A stretch of DNA of 64,000 bases, taken from Takakia lepidozioides. Its lineage: Eukaryota > Plantae > Bryophyta. The notes under the pieces are model-generated. The model was given only the letters and a program-made list of their open reading frames with translations. It did not search any database and was not told the DNA's origin. The translations under genes and the position numbers were made by a program. Positions 60,700 to 64,000 of this stretch are shown here, piece after piece. The stretch's first letter is position 1; each line of letters begins with the position of its first letter. The stretch spans positions 65,596,001-65,660,000 of the forward strand of contig CM060732.1 of NCBI GenBank assembly GCA_030704615.1, given 5' to 3'.

Positions 60700-61790
60700 T
60701 ACTCTGAGAAGCCCTCCCCTCAAAAATACCATCCTCACCAGCCGGAACTGTCCACCTGGGTGCGGAAGTGTCCTCAACATTCCCCTCGCTCTCGGACGCG
60801 GATTCTATTACGAACTTCCCTACTCTGCCTTTCACAATTCTATGTTTGGCCTCACGCCTCATTATAATTCTCTGCTCATTCTCGTATGTCAATTGCTCTA
60901 ACCGAGTAGGCCTATCCTCCCTCCTGATGGCTTCTCTGGCAGCCGTGTCTGCATAGGCTAGTAGAAAAAAAGGCTTCTGGGGACTAGCGAGAAACGATTT
61001 TCTGGCAAAGAATGGCCGATGCGATTCTCTCCTCCTCTGCAACAGGGTCCGATTCGGGCAAGTCTCCCAGCTTCTCCTCGTCGGACGACTCTGCAAGGCT
61101 GAGTGTACGCACAAACATAGAATGAAGTACATTAGAGAATTCAAACAGGGAATCATCGGCAGGTTGCATGGTCCCTACAACCGAAACCAATACACTTACT
61201 ATGGTGCAACTCACTCGAAGACAAGCATTGGGGGAAGCGGCTTCGGGCGCCCCTGCATCGAACGAATTTCCTGGACTTCCTCCTCTTCATCTTTCTCCTC
61301 CCCTTCCACGTCATCTTCTGCGTTTTTGGGATCCTCAGTCGGAGGCAGACGCTGAAGGCCTGCCAAATTGTAATCGTACAAGGCCGTATCCCCCTCAAAT
61401 GAGAACACAAATCGGTTCGACATCCTTCCCGCCCACATACAGGCACCTGCGAATTCATACAACACAACCACAGCCAAACTCAAGAATGAGTCGCTTCCTC
61501 GCACAAGCAAACATATACAAACGGAAATGGTGTCAATTTCGGTGCCGCATTCAATTAACGTTCTCACCTGTATTTGCAGTGACGTCGAGGACCCTGCCTT
61601 CAACATCCGTACACGTTTCCATGAGCGTCTGGATGAATGCAGGACTCCTGGTCTTGCCATACCTCCATGGCTTGCCCGACAAATCACAAAGAATGTCCTT
61701 CTCTCCCACATGGTTGAACAGGACGTTATACTCCAGTGGATCAACTGTGGAATCAACAAGTCTTCCTGCTTCACGTAATTTGAATTTCGA
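60700..61790 (-). pseudogene. C-terminal half of the same beta-class amino-methyltransferase-like gene
   Basis: NVLFNH...KPWRYGKTRSPAFIQTLMETCTDVEGRVLDVTANTG | intron 61567-61447 | ACMWAGRMSNRFVFSFEGDTALY + acidic tail; same intron position and phase as the 4530-4437 intron. Confidence 0.75.
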
Positions 61791-62596
61791 ATGTTCCTTC
61801 ACGAAGCAAAATGCAGCAGTGCAGGTTCGGAGGCAGGTGGAAGGCAGCCATCCTTGCATGAGGCCGGGGATGCATCGGACAGTGATAGCGGATCCTCACC
61901 ATAGCAAAGTCTCATTTGGATCCTTTTGTTGTACAGTTCTGAAACACTTGATGAAAATATTGACGATTTGAAAAATCATTGTGTTCAGAATGCTTGTCCG
62001 ATTCCCTACATTTCTTCCGCCAACCAAAATGTATAATAAAAGCAGAAGAGACGCAAACTTCAATGAAGAACCCTACAAGTAATTTATGCACACCATCGAG
62101 CCGAGAACTTGAAGCCATGAAAACCCTGCCGTTTCTAACATTCATATTGGGAAATTTGGCGCCGAAATAGCCCAGTGCGCGCCTTCGTTATATGGGCCTC
62201 AAAAATTCCACAGATGAATTACTGTACCAAAATATCGCGATGGAAGCCTTCAGCACAAGGCACTTCAGCACATTCCACTTGGGTATTTCGGCGCCCAAAT
62301 AGCCCGTTCTGCGCCATTAAATACCACACTATATCACATTTTAAGAGGTAATTTCGGTGCCGAAATACCTCGGTGGATGTCTTCAAAACACCATTTTAGT
62401 ACACTGCTCTTGGGAATAACGGCGCCGAAATACCTCATTCCGCATCCTGGACCAGGAGAAACAGACCCTATTACCGAGGTAAGAGGACATAACACCGTCA
62501 ATAAAGGCAGGAAAATTCCAATTCCGCGGATGCCCGCTGATGAGCTCATAGGCTCATAGGCTCATGGGCTCATGCGCTCATGAAATAGTAAACCTC

Positions 62597-64000
62597 GATG
62601 TGATTCCCTGTGGATCAATAGCTACAAGAAACCTGCATGGGTAGATGGTCAACTAAAGGCTGTATCTGCAGGGGCACAGTTGATAAAACCAGGCACCTCA
62701 ACCATGACCACAGCTTCTGAAAGAGGATCAAGAGAGGGAGTCCACAATGCCTCTTCTGGCTGCACTTTTGGGCAGGTGAAGATGCTTTGCAGCAGGCAGA
62801 CTGTCAGAGGCTCTACAGACTTTAGACCAATGAGGCATTTTAGCAGATTCAAGACCTACATATGTCTGTCTCTTGCTTAAGTGCATCAAGAAGGAAGGTC
62901 TGGAAGCTGGAAAGCAGGTGCACACTCAAAATATCCAAAAGTGGATTCACGCCAAATGTTTTTCTACTCAACACCTTAAGTGCGGGAGCATCATGGATGC
63001 TCACCAAGTGTTTAACAGAATGCCTCAACGATCTTTGATCACGTGAAATATAATATTGGCAGGATTTACCAAGCATGAGTTTGGTAGGATTGCTTTGGAG
63101 ACCCACGCGATGCTTGCAGGGTATGCACAGCAGGACATAGTATGAAGGCTTTGGAGACCTATGATCGAATGATGGGGGAAGGGTGAAGCCCACTGACCAC
63201 ATCACGTTTGTGTGCATTTGCAATGATTCTGCAAGCCTGGCAGCCCTGGAAAAGGGCAAAGAGGTCCATGGTGACATTTTCAGAGCTGGATTGTACCCGA
63301 TGTCATTCTGAACAATACCCTGGTGGATATGTATGCAAAATATGGGTGCATCGAGGATGCAAAGGGAGTGTTTGACAGTATGGCTGAACAAGATATGGTG
63401 TCATGTAATGCCATGCTTGCAGGAGATGCAAAGAAGGGGTGCGGGATGGCCTTGGAGACCTATGATGGGGGCAGGGGTGAAGTGTAACCAGATCACGTTT
63501 GTGTGTGTTTGCAATGCTAGCCTGGCAGCCCTGGAAAATGGCAAAGAGATCCATAGTGACATCATCAAATCTGGAATTGCACCTGATGTCATTCTGAACA
63601 CTGCCCTGGTGGACATGTATGCCCAATGTGGGTGCATTGAGGATGCAAATGGAGTGTTCGACAGTATGGCTGAACGACATGTGGTGTTGTGGAGTGTGAT
63701 GATTGCAAGGTATGCACAGCAAGGGCGCGGGATGGAGGCTTTGGAGACCTAGGGGAAAATGACGAGGAGAAGCTGTGGAATGAATACTTTTCTAACCCAG
63801 TCAATGATGGGACCATCGAGGCAAGAAGGTGAACGCCTGTTGGATTATAGAGAGTAGCAGATGCAATTGAGCATAGGAACTAGTGTGATAAGTAGGGTTG
63901 GGGTGTTTGCTGGAACAATTCTAGGTTGTCATTGTCAGCTGCTAGCAGCAAGGCAAGGATGTATGCATGATTTGTGCAGAGGCATGGATAGTTGAAGGAG
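62597..64000 (+). pseudogene. PPR-pseudogene mosaic (N-terminus, PLS repeats, upstream module), continuing off-window
   Basis: GVHNASSG...VKMLC, ITFVCVCNASLAALENGKEIHSDIIKSGIAPDVILNTALVDMYAQCGCIEDA; frameshifts. Confidence 0.88.

Larger units (their letters stand above)
55334..62596. mobile_element. Non-autonomous Mutator-like element (7263 bp) with SWIM remnant, methyltransferase-like remnant and palindrome array
   Basis: Perfect 9-bp TSD GATGTGATT (55325-55333, 62597-62605); 29-bp imperfect TIR GGGGGTTGCTATTCCATGAGCTCATGAGC vs GAGGTTTACTATTTCATGAGCGCATGAGC (24/29); GCTCAT repeats at both ends. Confidence 0.92.

Overview
Eukaryotic nuclear DNA from a land plant; the PLS/DYW-type PPR style and spliceosomal introns suggest a non-seed plant, but that is inference. 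The only clearly intact host gene is a 6-exon SDF2 homologue (254-2897). The rest is nested transposons, LINE fragments and a scrambled family of PPR-DYW pseudogene fragments, plus a 500-N gap. Main result: two unrelated kinds of transposon here each carry their own DNA methyltransferase. (1) Two Mutator-like (MULE/SWIM) DNA transposons (~3.3-17.2 kb, and 55334-62596 with TIRs and a perfect 9-bp TSD) each carry a spliced gene with a bacterial-type beta-class N4C/N6A amino-methyltransferase fold and a shared intron position. The second copy also has an array of palindromic GGCGCC-centred repeats with ~63-bp period and largely unique spacers. (2) A Ty3/Gypsy element (17.5-28.4 kb) has a complete DNMT3-like C5-methyltransferase domain between protease and RT, and a PHD finger after integrase. 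A solo-LTR-like insertion (52852-54574) also creates exact GT-AG intron boundaries in a PPR copy. All identifiable TE genes here are degenerate or truncated. Domain calls come from motifs recognised by eye, not from database searches.
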